Shown in pieces: positions 1-13,815 of a stretch of 64,000 nt of DNA. Location of the stretch: assembly GCF_006345805.1 (NCBI RefSeq), contig NC_043001.1, positions 4,898,001 through 4,962,000 of the forward strand, in the 5' to 3' direction. Source of the DNA: Octopus sinensis. Its lineage: Eukaryota. Every line of letters starts with the position of its first letter. The first letter of the stretch is position 1. Below the pieces are notes generated by a model. That model was not told the origin of the DNA. It searched no databases and saw only the letters and a program-made list of their open reading frames with translations. The position numbers and the translations under genes are program-made.

Positions 1-70
<70 letters not shown>

Positions 71-90
71 ATTTATTTATATATATATAT

Positions 91-130
<40 letters not shown>

Positions 131-148
131 ATATATATATATATATAT

Positions 149-180
<32 letters not shown>

Positions 181-653
181 TTTACAAACAGACACATGCA
201 TACAGGTGTGTTTGTATGTATAAATGTGAGTGTGCGTGTGTGAGTTAATGTTGTTTTCATGTTTAGTTACAATAAATAAAATTTTATATTAACATCACCG
301 TTTACTGTCTGCTTTTATGGAATACAAATTTATTAAACAAGTAAATTATTGACACTGACTACGAACGTTCAAACAGTTAAGCATCATAAATAAATAACAG
401 CTGTCGGTGTAAATTTCGGTCACTGAAACATAAACCAACATGTCACGGGAAATGAACCTATGGGAAACAAGGAAACGCATTTAGAAGCCGGAAAATTTTA
501 TTTTCGTATATAAGAAACTCAAAGACAGTTTGCGCTTATTTTCAGTCCACCCCAGGGGAATTTTTATTAATGTCACTATGAATAATTGGATTTCCTTCCA
601 CAAACACACGACTCACACAAACGCACATATATATATATATAATATATATATAC

Positions 654-739
<86 letters not shown>

Positions 740-755
740 ATATATATATATACAT

Positions 756-787
<32 letters not shown>

Positions 788-1259
788 ATATATATATATA
801 TATTATATATGTACAGTACAGAAGTGTTTGTGAATAATTTATGGTCCCGAAATTAAATATCGAAATTTTAAACTTTCGTTTCTTTAATATGTCATTAACA
901 ATAATTAGTTTGTAGTTTATTCTGTATTTCATTTCCTTAATTTCACTAAAGCTTCAGTTTCGCTCTCGATGATTAACGGACATTTAAATATATTTATTTT
1001 CTGTATGTACGTATTTGAACATGTTATTTATAACATAAGCAACATATATTCATATATATATGGTCATATCTATCTAACCATTTATGTACATATGTGTATA
1101 TATTCTATTTTTAGCACTAGAGTTAACCACGTAGCGGTAACTCTCTTATATTTATTTATAAATTTGTATTGTCTCCCTGTTTTTTTATGTGCTAAGCCAC
1201 TTGGTGTTAAACTGATGGTATTATTAAATTAATATCTAATTTTTCACCCTCATTTATGT

Positions 1260-1315
<56 letters not shown>

Positions 1316-1799
1316 AATATATAACAAGGTTTGAGACACAATCGGGTACTTATGCACTAGGTAGGGTCGGATGAATCTTTTGTCACTGCATATGTTTGAT
1401 AAATATTAAATAGGATATACCGATTGTCCATAGAGGGAAAACAATCCGTATAAGTATTTAACAAGTAGGGGCTGAGCCAAAACACACGTTACATAGATTG
1501 GATATTGTTGGTAAACGCTAGGGTGTTTGACGTGTTGTAAATTCCTGTGGTGTATTATAATCAAATGAACAATAAGGGACGATGAATAATTGTCAGCACA
1601 TTACAACTGTAAAGAGCTGAGAATTATCCATCAGCTCTTATTCATTAGGTATATATATGCGTGTGTTTGTGTTTCTCTGTGTCTAAGTAAATATATATAT
1701 ACATATACATATACTTCTATGTATTTCTTTATCTTTCTCTCTCTCCCTTTCTCACTCTCTATCCTCTCTCTCCTCCTCTTCATCTCTCTCTCTCTCTCT

Positions 1800-1854
<55 letters not shown>

Positions 1855-2608
1855 GGATGGGAGTGAGTGAGGGTGGGAGATTCTGAAAGCCTGAAAAGTT
1901 CCTTCATTTTCTTGTTCTATTACTTTAAAATGCTACGCGTAGAATGTAACTGAACTTGATATTTCGATTTATAGGCAATTATATGTTATAACTAATATTA
2001 ATTATACATCATTATTTATGGCGTTTTCCCCTACAGCTTCCGTAATCTGCTCGTTGCCAAACACATGTAACCTCCTGGGTATTCCACAGATATGCCCATT
2101 TCTAACGGAGTTAAATGTTGATTTAGTGTTGTTGAATGTGATAACCTTTGCCCGACCTTTGAACTTCATGCTAAATCCTTGAAGACAGAGAAAAAGGTGA
2201 GTATAGAAGCGAAGACGCTTTATTTCGGGAAAACAAGAGGAGAGAAATGGAAGAAAAGTTTACCGGTGATAATTTTCAACTCGTTCTCAAACAAATAAAG
2301 ACGTATTTCACCTGCGTGTTTATTTCAACACAGATGTTGCCAAGCAGAGGCGACATTTGTGGTTAAACAATTCTGGCGAATTTTGTATTCTATCGCTTTA
2401 TATTCAATAGTTTTAGGACAGACCTTAGGTGCCATGCATTAGAACTAAACTCAAATCCATATTGCTTCTTATAAGGTAGCCACGCTTGCGACTCTCTCAG
2501 CATTTACTTAATGTTGGCGTTGTATTTACATATTTGTATTGGAACTAAGATAAAAGACGAACCGTGTCAACCATTTACTATAATTTTGGCGCCATATCTT
2601 ATGTGGGA

Positions 2609-3110
2609 TAAGGCGGCGACCTAGCAGAAACGTTAGCACGCCGAGCGAAATACTTAGCGGTATTTCGCCTGCAGTTACGTTCTGAGTTCAAATTCCGCCG
2701 AGGTCGACTTCGACTTTCATCCGTTCGGGGTCGATAAATTAAGTACCAGTTACGCACTGGGGTCGATGTAATCGACTTAATCTGTTTGTTTGTCCTTGTT
2801 TGTCCCGTCTGTCTTTAGCCCCTTGTGGGTAGTAAAGACATAGGTATCACGTTTGCCGCTACGTTTTGAATTGAAAATCCGCCGAGATTGACCGTGCCTT
2901 TCATCCTTTCGGGGTCGAGAAAATAAGTACCACTCACGCTCTGGGGTCGATATAGTCGACTTAATCCGTTTGTCTTTCTTTGTTTGTCCTCTCTGTGTGT
3001 AGCCCCTTGTGGGTAGTAAAGAAATAGGTATTTCGTCTGTCTTTAATTTCTGAGTTCAAATTCCACCGAGGTCGTCTTTGCCTTTCGGTGACGATAAATT
3101 ATGTATCTTG
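2609..3110 (+). mobile_element. tRNA-derived SINE family A, tandem trimer (head plus 3 body units of about 185 bp)
   Basis: Head GGCGGCGACCTAGCAGAAACGTTAGC...GAGTTCAAATTCC (B-box-like). The body CCGAGGTCGACTT..CTTTCATCC.TTCGGGGTCGATAAA..AGTACCA recurs at about 2690, 2880 and 3060. The same sequence occurs at 34110, 47540 and 49710. Confidence 0.85.
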
Positions 3111-4605
3111 TCACCTCAAAAGTTCCGTGCCTTGTGCTTAGAGGGGAAAATAAAGAAGATCTCAAGTTTGATGTCTGCTGTGCAAGCTTAAACTAACTGC
3201 TGCTGGAAAGCACAGGTGTTCTCACTTTTATTAAAGGTATCCCAATGTAGAGCAAATTTAATATTTTGTTATTCTCTCACATATTAAGCGTGCTCATTAC
3301 AGTCTAGCGTCGCTGAATTTGGTTAAATTTAGTTATAATTTAATATGGAATTCACAGCAAGTATGTACATAAAAAAGATTAATATTCGCTATGTGTAATT
3401 TCAGCGTTTTATGTAAATTTATTTGAAAATTATTGGTATTCACTTAGCTAATATTTTCAATACTTTACTTTGTTCTTTAAGTTTCTAAATAACTGAACTA
3501 ATTTGAAAATGCAGTTGTTTGAGATTATTCAGTCGTTACGTTAATCCCTGCAGAAAACTAAATTGTTTTACGATAATTGAACAACTGACATGTATAGACG
3601 AGCATATCGCTTAAAATATAAGGGGGGAAAACAGAAATATTACCAAATCTGTTCCCGTTAAAGTTCTGGCTTCATTGTCCGCAAATCATCCACACGGATT
3701 CCATACTTATCCCCACAATCGCAATTAAATTACAAGTTTTTAGAGCATGCTATCATGCGTACCTTATCTTTAGATATTTAGTATGCATGATCGGCTTTAT
3801 GAACAAAAGTTTCTGCTGTTTAGAAGAGAATACTGTGTTTTTGCGAGAATTCCTGTAGTATTACGCTGAAATAAGGCTGCAGGAGAAATTCTTAGCGCCG
3901 TTCCCTCCGTCTACATGATACTTGCTGAAATTCCGCCGGGGTCGACTATGCATTTCATTCTCTCGCGATCGTTAAATGAAGCACCATTAAAACGCCAAGG
4001 TCAATTTAATCGATTTGCCTCCCCCACACCCACGAATCCGGTGTTAAATTATGAAACCAATGTTACATTAGAAATGAGTAATAGATTGATTAAAATCGTA
4101 GCATAAACTTAAAATAGAAGCAGTTATTTATAGTTATTTTGAGTCGTGATTTTACTGACCCATTATATGGAGACTGTACATGCGATCGGCCGATTTTCAG
4201 AGGTGCATGGTAACTCTAATACACACTAATTCGTGAAGGAGATAAACATCTGATATTTATTTTAATTATATTTTCTCATAAATTTCTGAATTTCCTTTCT
4301 TTACACTAAATATCAAAGGTATTTATGAACCTATATAATCTAATAAAAACTTAAATATGATAGGATCTGAAATTTCAGTTCACACCGTTAAAACAATAAG
4401 AGAAAGCGTTTCTCCAAAACAGAATCGCTTAATTTTATTTTCTGCAAATACAACATTCAAAATCCAAAACAGCATTTATAGCAAGCTAAGATGGATGCAG
4501 TCACGGAAAGAACACCTGGCTTTGTAATTTCTTCATATCAGATTCTTTCATCTCCATACCTGAAAACAGTAACACACACACACACACACACACACATACA
4601 CACAT

Positions 4606-4648
<43 letters not shown>

Positions 4649-5305
4649 CTCCAGGACGAGAGTGGGCGTATGTATCTGTGTGTACGTTTATATGCATGGT
4701 GTTTGTTATGTATAGATGCATGTTTGTAGGTATAGGAAAACGTGTAAAGCCAAAAAGTATTCGACGACTCTAAAGGAAACAAAACACAAGGCAATTCAAT
4801 TTTCTTTCTGAAGATGAAACCATGAACATCAGGAATCGCATCACACTTCGCGACGATGTATTTCCAGTCCCAAAACAGGTGATTGCTACGAAACAGCTAA
4901 TAAGGAAGCGACAGTTTAAATGTGCAATTGGTAATTTTGATTTCATCTTATCGATGTTGAAGACATCAGTGAAAAATGCAATGAAGATTTTATCTCCCTT
5001 TGCAACACGACGTTTTCTCAAAAGTAGAATACAATTTCATCCGGCAAACAAATGTTGTCATGGAAGAAATATAGAGAATATTCTTGTAATTGAATATGTA
5101 CATAAATATCAGCAGAGGAACACTGTCATCAAAACATCTGTCATAATAAGCTCTGGGGTCGATCTGCTGGACTAAAGGCGGTGCTCTCCAGCATAGCCGC
5201 AGTCAGATGACTGAAACAGGTAAATGAAATAAAAGAAAAGAACTACGTACATGCACACACACAAACTCACCTATATATGAATATACATGCAAATACACAC
5301 AACCC

Positions 5306-5376
<71 letters not shown>

Positions 5377-5898
5377 TTATACACTCGTGCACACGTATTC
5401 ACATAAAAGTATCTGTGTGTGTGTGGTGTGTGGTGTATTTCTGTGTGTATACGAAGATGTTTGTGTCTAATATTTCATGACTAATATGTGAGATATAATA
5501 TAATGTTATAAATGTTGGAGCGTTGGCCAATACCGATAAAACATCAACATTGTTGCCTTTTCATTCCTGTAAATGTTGAATGAGCGAAAGTAATTGACAG
5601 TAATGTGGACCACGTTAATATTACACTTTTGCGAGACGCTAACACATTTTCGTAGAATATTAAATTTTAATTAAGGAAACTTAAATCTATTATTAATATA
5701 GACAGAAGTAATTAGAAAATGTACTTTTAATTTACGCTGCGTTTTTATATATTGCATAATTAATAAAGTTTCGATAGTACAGTGAAATATTATTGCTACA
5801 ATATTTGCGCTTTTCTGATTTGTATAGATGCCGTAATTCAAATTACTTTTAAATAACTTATTATTTTATGACATTGCAGTATATAATATTTTTATGTA

Positions 5899-6053
5899 TC
5901 TTGTTAATTACCTATCGAACTGTCATCAACACGTGAACTTCACAGACAGTTTAGTCAATCAAACCGTACACGTCATAAATATAAGATATACCTATGTACG
6001 TATGTATATACATCTATGTGCTTGTCAATAGGCACATATACAATATACATACA

Positions 6054-6114
<61 letters not shown>

Positions 6115-6899
6115 TATATATATATAATATATATTATATATATATATATATCATATTTATATATATATATATACACTTTATCTTTTATTGTTTCAGTCAT
6201 TTGAATGGCTGCGGATGCTGGAGCGCTGCTTAGTCGAGCAATCGACCCCGGACTTTTCTTTGTAAGCCCAGTATTTATTCTATCGGCTCTTCTGCTTGTT
6301 AATTACCTCTTGTTATTACTATCGAATGTCTCAACACGTGAACTTCACAGACAGTTTAATCAATCAAACCGACACGTCATAATATAAGATATACCTATGT
6401 ACGTATGTATACATCTATGTCTTGTCATAGGCACATATACATATACATACGATATATATATATATATCACACTTTACTCTTTTACTTGTTTCAGTCATGA
6501 ATGCTGCGATGCTGGAGCGCTGCCTTTAGTCGAGCAATCGACCCCGGAACTTATTCTGGTAAGCCCAGTATTTATTCTATCGGCCTCTTCTGCTTGTTAA
6601 TTACCTCTTGTTAATTACCTATCGAATGTCATCAAACGTGAACTTCACAGACAGTTTAATCATCAAACCGTACCTATAAATTAAGATATACCTATGTACG
6701 TATGTATACATCTATGTGCTTGTCAATAGGCACATATACAATATACATACATATATATATATATATATATACACTTTACTCTTTTACTTGTTTCAGTCAT
6801 TTGAATGCTGCGATGCTGGAGCGCTGCCTTTAGTCGAGCAAATCGACCCCGGAACTTATTCTTTGTAAGCCCAGTATTTATTCTATCGGCCTCTTCTGC
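5899..6899. repeat. Three-copy tandem duplication (about 300-400 bp unit) containing the 3' half of a family-B SINE
   Basis: The unit TTGTTAATTACCTATCGAA...CACAGACAGTTT...AAGATATACCTATGTACG...(TA)n...GTTTCAGTCAT...CGGCCTCTTCTGC is repeated at about 5899, 6295 and 6595. Confidence 0.9.
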
Positions 6900-7170
6900 C
6901 GAACCGCTAAGTTACAGGGAAGTAAACACACCAGCATCGGTTCTCAAGCGATGTTGAGGGGACAAACACAAGCACATAAACACACACACACATATATACA
7001 TATATATATATATATACATATACGACGAGCTTCTTCCAGTTTCCGTCTACCAAATCCACTCACAAGGCTTTGGCCGGCCCTAGGCTATAGTAGAAGACAA
7101 TCAACCGAGGTACCACAGGGAAAGAATGACCCCAGAAACATATGGTTGGGAAGCAGGCTGTATACGACGC
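6775..7170 (-). mobile_element. CORE-type SINE family B, diverged copy
   Basis: Colinear with the full copy at 13274-13728. Confidence 0.85.
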
Positions 7171-7409
7171 TTCCACAATACGTATTCAGAGGCAAATATT
7201 TCATAAAATTCGTCACGTTTTATAATGGCGATATACGTTGAATATAAAACATACTATTATAGAAACGGATTTCTAATATTCTTAATAAAAAAATTCCAGT
7301 GAATCTTAATCCTGTTAAAATATAAAGTTGTAAAGATGACCTAGAAAATCTGTTAAATATATTGATTTCAAAATCTGGTTGAAATCCAGCACTTGTCCGC
7401 AGGAGATGC

Positions 7410-7570
7410 ATCAATTAAATCGACACCCATTGCTCAACTGATGCGTATTTTATCAACCCACGAAAGGTTGAGAAGTAAATCGACCACGGTAGCACTTAGA
7501 AAGCTGAGTGTAAAGACGAGATACCGCTGTGCAGTTTGACTGGAATGTTAACAATTCTACCAGCTGGCCA
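7410..7570 (-). mobile_element. SINE family A, degenerate copy
   Basis: AATCGACACCCA...TTTTATCAACCCACGAAAGGTTGAGAAGTAAATCGACCACGG...CAGCTGGCC resembles the reverse complement of family A. Confidence 0.6.
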
Positions 7571-7764
7571 CATTAATTGCCTCACATATAATAAGAACAG
7601 TCATTAGTGACTATACATGTATACTAAGTGCTATTGTTATTTTTCATATATATGTCTGCTGCAACATATCGTTAACTGCACTGGAGTACAAGAAAAGAAC
7701 TTACATAAAAATGTGTTACGTCAAAGAAAATTATTTGTCTAATGATTGTTACGTTAATTTATAC

Positions 7765-7810
<46 letters not shown>

Positions 7811-7889
7811 TATATTATCGCTATTGGCTCCGTGTGGGCAGTCATCTAAAGGTTTTTTGTGCATCTTGATGCTGACATAACTTCCTTAC

Positions 7890-7971
7890 TTTTCCTGATG
7901 AGAAGGCAGCATAATGTACCCCTTATTCCTTCAAAATTAGGAATATGCAGCCTTCGAACATATGTCGAAAA
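7890..7971 (+). ncRNA. Type I hammerhead ribozyme motif, one A missing from GAAA
   Basis: TTTTC-CTGATGA-GAAGGC...GCCTTC-GAAC-ATAT-GTC-GAAAA. Stem I TTTTC/GAAAA, stem II GAAGGC/GCCTTC with a long insert, palindromic stem III ACATATGT, GUC site. Confidence 0.7.
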
Positions 7972-8019
7972 TAAAATAAAGGAATTTTGTTAATTCTCGT
8001 TCAACTCCATTCTTTCATT

Positions 8020-8050
<31 letters not shown>

Positions 8051-8914
8051 GATATCTATATATATATATAATATATATATATGATATATATATAGATATA
8101 TAATTATAATATATTATATATATATATATATATAATATATATGTATATGTAATATATATATATATGTATATGTATATATATACATATATATTTTTTAGTA
8201 ATATATCATTAATATTAATATAAAGAAATTAATATCCAAACTCATCATAAAGATATACCCGTGTGAAAATAGTCATTGTATTAAAATATATAAATAAATA
8301 AATGTAAATATATATAAAAATATATGTAAATATGTATAAGTATAGATATAGTGTATACATATATTTGATAGTTTGAAAGTTTTGAACTAATAATTTAAAG
8401 CATCTCATGATCGTTTCACAGAAGTGTTGTCCCTATAATGAAATCCTATATTGATAAGCTTTTATAGACAACGCTTCTCCTCTTTAGAGATATAAAATAG
8501 GAATATTGTATAAGATATAGTATAATAGTTTTTTTTTAAATTTGAAGTCAAACTGTAAATGTTGTTTGTTTGAAATATAAATAAAAAATTAAAAATTACT
8601 ACTTTTGATGAGAGTCTTTAAATCCATATATACTTCTTGGTTCTTCCTCTGCAGAAGAGTAACCAATGATGTATATATGGATTCACACATTGAATACATT
8701 TAACTAAATATATATATATATATAATATATATATATATATATCTATATGGAAATGTCAAGAAACACAAAATCTGTAATTGCTAAACGTACCCCAGAGTTG
8801 CAGAATAATATATAATTTCTCCCATAATAGGTCAAAGTTTTGTGTTTTTATTAGACGAGGGAATTGTTGGGTGGTTGAAAATCCCGCTTCGGGACACTGT
8901 TGCATTTGTTTCAG

Positions 8915-9240
8915 TCACGCTGCATGGTACTTTTGATGTGTTCCATATAGATCGAGCTTGTTAATACCATGCGAGTGGATTTGCTAGACAGAAGTTGTGT
9001 GGGTTGACCATCGTACTTTTATGTGCTTATGTCTTCAAGTCTTCCTGTGTGTCTTTGCCTCACCACTTCAGAATCGGTGTTGTATCTTTTCCATCATCGT
9101 CAATTATGGGTTCCCGAATAGAACGATAAAATACATAGCAAATTTTGAAATATATATAAAGCGATCGATTTTTCTGAGTAAAACCCTACACGGCGGTGCC
9201 CTGTCGTAGAGTGTTTCCAATTATTGAAACGATTAAACCA
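8915..9240 (+). mobile_element. SINE family B, highly degenerate copy
   Basis: GAGTGGATTTGCTAGACAGAAG...GGCGGTGCCCTG tail remnant. Confidence 0.5.
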
Positions 9241-9726
9241 TAATATATTTAGATTCACTAGCATTGGCTTATTTTATATCAAATTAATCATAACCTGATT
9301 CTTTGACGCAGAATCATGAGTTTACTTTTCAGTTTTTCTCTATGTCATCTCCCATTTTCTTTCTGTAAAGAATTCTCGGAATTTATGAAACATTAATGCT
9401 CCCAAAAGTTATACAATGAAAAAAAAAAAGCGGTTTCTGCTGTTGTGTTTCTTTTACTCTCTTGCTCGATTTTTCCCTTTCTCCCGATCTTACTCACTCC
9501 TCTCACTCTTTCTCTCCTCTCTCCTTACTTCGTTAATTATTTCTCCTACTTTTCCTTTTCAAATGCAATGACTGATTCTGGTGTCTCTTCACACAAGATG
9601 TTTTCCGTATCAAACTTACACAAATTAATTTATGTACATATACAGACTTATTGATGATTATACAACAATAATACTTCTACCAACATCACAACCACAACCA
9701 CCGCTACTACAACTGCTGCTGCAATA

Positions 9727-9805
9727 TGTTACTACTACTACTACTACTAATAATAATAATAATAATAATAACAATAATAACAAGAACAACAACAGCACCG
9801 ACAAT

Positions 9806-9875
<70 letters not shown>

Positions 9876-9930
9876 TAATAATAATAATAATTATAATGAT
9901 AATGATAATGATGATGATGATGTAATGATG
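9727..9930. repeat. (TAC)/(TAA)/(TGA) trinucleotide microsatellite complex
   Basis: Directly visible. Confidence 0.95.
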
Positions 9931-9934
9931 CCAG

Positions 9935-10315
<381 letters not shown>

Positions 10316-10399
10316 CATACAGCACTATACCAGCAGTGCAAGACCAAGCTTTGGCCACGAACTGGAGGGTCAGCGATTGGAATGATCATGTGCATTAGA

Positions 10400-10900
10400 A
10401 TGGATGAAGCCATTGCTCGTATGACAAACGAAAACCTGTCGAAAACCACAACAATTTGGGGTGACATGATCAGGTAGCGAAAGTGCTTCATTGGGAAATG
10501 TGCGAAAAGTACGGCCTGGAGAGAGGCAAGACGTGGTATGAGCACAAATCGCAGTGACCAGCAGAATTGGCGACAAGCAAAATAGTCTGGGATTTCCCAT
10601 TCCAAATAGATCAGGTGGTAGATTATAACAAACCAGACCTGGTAGTGGTCAACAAGATGTACCACGTATGCTTTATAGTAATTTTTACATATCCGTTTGA
10701 ATCACGAATAATCAAGAAAGAAGGCGAAAAGATAGATAGAGAGATAGATAGATAGAAAAATGCAACACTGTTAAGTAGGAAAATCCCTGCTATGGAAAAT
10801 GAAGAGGGCGAAGATAGTGCCAATTATTGATGGGTCCTTCGGGACAGTATCAGAAGTTATCAAGAAGTATGTAAAGGAAACTGGAATAGAACGCGAGAAT
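10400..10900 (+). mobile_element. R4/Dong-type LINE remnant, restriction-like endonuclease (RLE) region
   Basis: Frameshifted motifs HDQVAKVLHWEMCEKYGLERGKTWYEHK, KIVWDFPFQIDQVVDYNKPDLVVVNK (PD..D/ExK region), KKEGEKID and IVPIIDGSFGTV. Confidence 0.8.
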
Positions 10901-11969
10901 AATCAGGAAATTATTAAATAATTGAAATAATTGAAATAATTGAAGAGCTTCTCATAAAAACCCATTTTCCAAATCAATGTAACTAACATTGTAGATTTCC
11001 AGACGATCTCATATCCCAATGATACGTTTTCTAATCCCCAGGATACTCTTAACCTGTTATCCTCAAGTCTTTTAACTAATAAAATCATATTTATATGACG
11101 TCAAAGTATTCATTTTTTCAAGCTCTGAAAACTTTATTTTGGAGAATATTTTTTCTCATTTAGACCCACAAACATATATGCAAATATAAAAAAAAAGAAA
11201 GAATTATGTAGATAGGCATTCCTAAATCAACATCAATAATTTCATACAAAGAGAATAGTTTGAACTTTGGAATGAAATGACAAACGAGGTTCTTGTACTG
11301 ACTTAACTTCAACGCTTCAAAACTTGTATTGGAAAAGTTGATTGAGTCTAAAATACTGAAAGGTTGTTCTTGACTTGCCTATCAAACAGACTAATCGATG
11401 AATGCAACATCATTAGATTTTATTGAAATATTTAGTTGAAAAATCTTCTGTCTTGTTTTGACAAGAAATGTATTCTCATAGTTTTTTTTTTATAAACTTA
11501 ATTAAATTTACATATATACGTCTTAAAAATCGTTATGCAGTATAATTATTTACATTATTACAAAAGACATATAAAATATTTAATCATGAATTTATTCATG
11601 GCTATTTTGATATCTCATTTCCAAAAATACTGTATTTAAATATTACAATACCCATAGCCAATAATATTTTCTTTTCTCTGCATCGAAGGCCATGTTAATG
11701 ATTTATCTGTAACAGTATACTCGGACCTAATGGAATGAAACAAGTCTGTTCACTCACAATATAATATATGCTAATAAATAAGTTAATTGTATATAATTTA
11801 TTGTTCATAGAACAATTTATTTTACAAAGCTCCATTTATGTAAATTTTGATTATCATTAACAGAAAAAAAGACAATGTAGGTGCAAGAGAGACTGAGGTG
11901 GTCGACTAGGAAATGTATTTCAAAGCAGTATTCAGGTTCATGTAGAAATGTAACAAGAAATATATTATG

Positions 11970-12092
<123 letters not shown>

Positions 12093-12719
12093 CTTTCATG
12101 GAACACAAAATGTGTAAAGAATATACGTGAATTAATAAATTGATATCTAATTCAGGAATCCCGGTTTTGGATTATAACCACAGTAATTAAAATTTGCAAG
12201 TGAAATCTGCAAGATGTCATTGGTATATAACAGATAGCAAATCAGATAGTGATCTAACAGTGCCACTAAGAACTTTGGCCGGTGTACTAATGATTCTGCC
12301 AGCTCACCGCATTGTCCTGTTAATATCTTAACTTCTCGGTTACCATATATCCCCATTTGCTGAAACTTGTATATTCTTCTGTTAACACCAGAGATTAAAT
12401 TTCTAATTGCAGCAACAAGGTAGATTCGATCTGTTGGGGATTCATAAAGCTTCCTAGTTAGGTTTCCTATACGAGTCGCCCCTGGTCGTATTTACGTGTT
12501 GGTTCACTTCTAATAAGTTGATGATGCATACACACACAGCCACACAATTTCACGCTCACACACAAAAATATATATTCTTTTCTGCACATCTTCCTGACCA
12601 AGTGCTATGAACATCCTGGAGCACTCCCACTTTGATTATATTTTCAGTGTTATTCTTATGCCGGGACACTCCCACTTTCATCATATTTTCAGTGACGATT
12701 CTCCTCTGCTTGAAGATTG

Positions 12720-13250
12720 CGAAATGAGAAACTTTTTCTTGCTACACTCATTTGAGTTTCAAGCCGTGATGTACGATCTTCGACAGATGACGTTCGAGGA
12801 TTTCCTTGAATACATGTACCCTAACTCCATGTACAACTCTCTTGAGCTTTGACTAGCTATTAAACACTTGTTGGCTCTTAAAATACTTCCTACTGTAGCA
12901 CTTATTTCCTAAACTGGATAGGTTGGTTTGGACCTTTGGCACACTGAGTTACCTTTATTTAGCATTTTCACAAGGGCCACAAGAGAGCAAGATAGCATTG
13001 CTTCTAATATTGCAATCAGATAACAGATGCACAACCTCAGAGCACAAGTTATAACCTCCGACACCCTAATAGTTATAGAGTTTACTTTTGGTTTCAGCCC
13101 TTCAATGATCTTCTATCTCTATATCCCTACGAACCTTCCCGTTTTCGCTCCGAGTGCAACTGTAATCTTTCCAGTGCATAACTTATGAAAGCAACCTTTT
13201 GCTATTAATTTCACTGTGGACGATTTTACTTGGAAGGTGTAGTCCAGAGG
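12720..13250 (+). mobile_element. Possible ancient RTE-like LINE RT remnant
   Basis: Weak, broken motifs MYDLRQM, AFD and VDDF/YLEGVV in roughly the expected order. No open frame. Confidence 0.25.
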
Positions 13251-13273
13251 ACTGAGGTAAATTTTCTCTCTAT

Positions 13274-13728
13274 ACTCTTTTACCCTTTTACTTGTTTCAG
13301 TCATTTGACTGCGGCCATGCTGGAGCACCGCCATTAATCAAGCAACTCAACCCCAGAACTTATTCTTTGTAAGCCCAGTACTTATTCTATCGGTCTCTTT
13401 TGCCGAACCGCTAAGTGACGGAGACATAAACACACCAGCATCGGTTGTCAAGCAATGCTAGTTGGACAAACACAGTAACACAAACACACACGCACTCACA
13501 CACACACTCACATACACACACACACACATATATACATATATATATATATATATATACATATATACGACGGGCTTCATTCAGTTTCCGTCTACCAAATCCA
13601 CTCACAAGGCTTTGGTCGGCCCGAGGCTATAGTAGAAGACACTTGCCCTAGGTGCCACGCAGTGAGACTGAACCCGGAACCATGTGGTTGGTAAGCAAGC
13701 TACTTACTACAGAGCCGCTCCTGCGCCT
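13274..13728 (-). mobile_element. CORE-type tRNA-derived SINE family B, full length (octopus OR-type, inferred)
   Basis: Minus strand: head AGGCGCAGGAGCGGCTCTGTAGTAAG...CCGGGTTCAGTCTC (A/B boxes), CORE-like GGCACCTAGGGCAAGTGTCTT, internal (TA)(TG) microsatellite, tail GGCGGTGCTCCAGCATGGCCGCAGTCAAATGACTGAAAC plus (AAAAGRGT) repeats. Confidence 0.92.
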
Positions 13729-13732
13729 ATAT

Positions 13733-13739
13733 AAAAAAA
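13733..13739 (-). terminator. Pol III oligo-T terminator after tRNA-Asn
   Basis: T7 on the minus strand, 8 nt downstream of the tRNA 3' end. Confidence 0.65.
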
Positions 13740-13747
13740 TTTTTAAT

Positions 13748-13754
13748 CGTCGTT

Positions 13755-13815
<61 letters not shown>

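Noticed and set aside
576-932. YI/IY/CV/HT-rich ORFs here and throughout the window
   Set aside because: Translations of (TA)n, (TG)n and (CA)n microsatellites, which lack stop codons.
1611-1640. AAGAGCTGA/TCAGCTCTT hairpin with CTGATGGA on the minus strand
   Set aside because: No GAAA or stem III; a short hairpin that could arise by chance.
4822-5175. 117-aa non-repetitive ORF
   Set aside because: No recognisable motif or splice context; it ends in a SINE-B tail (about 5150-5240).
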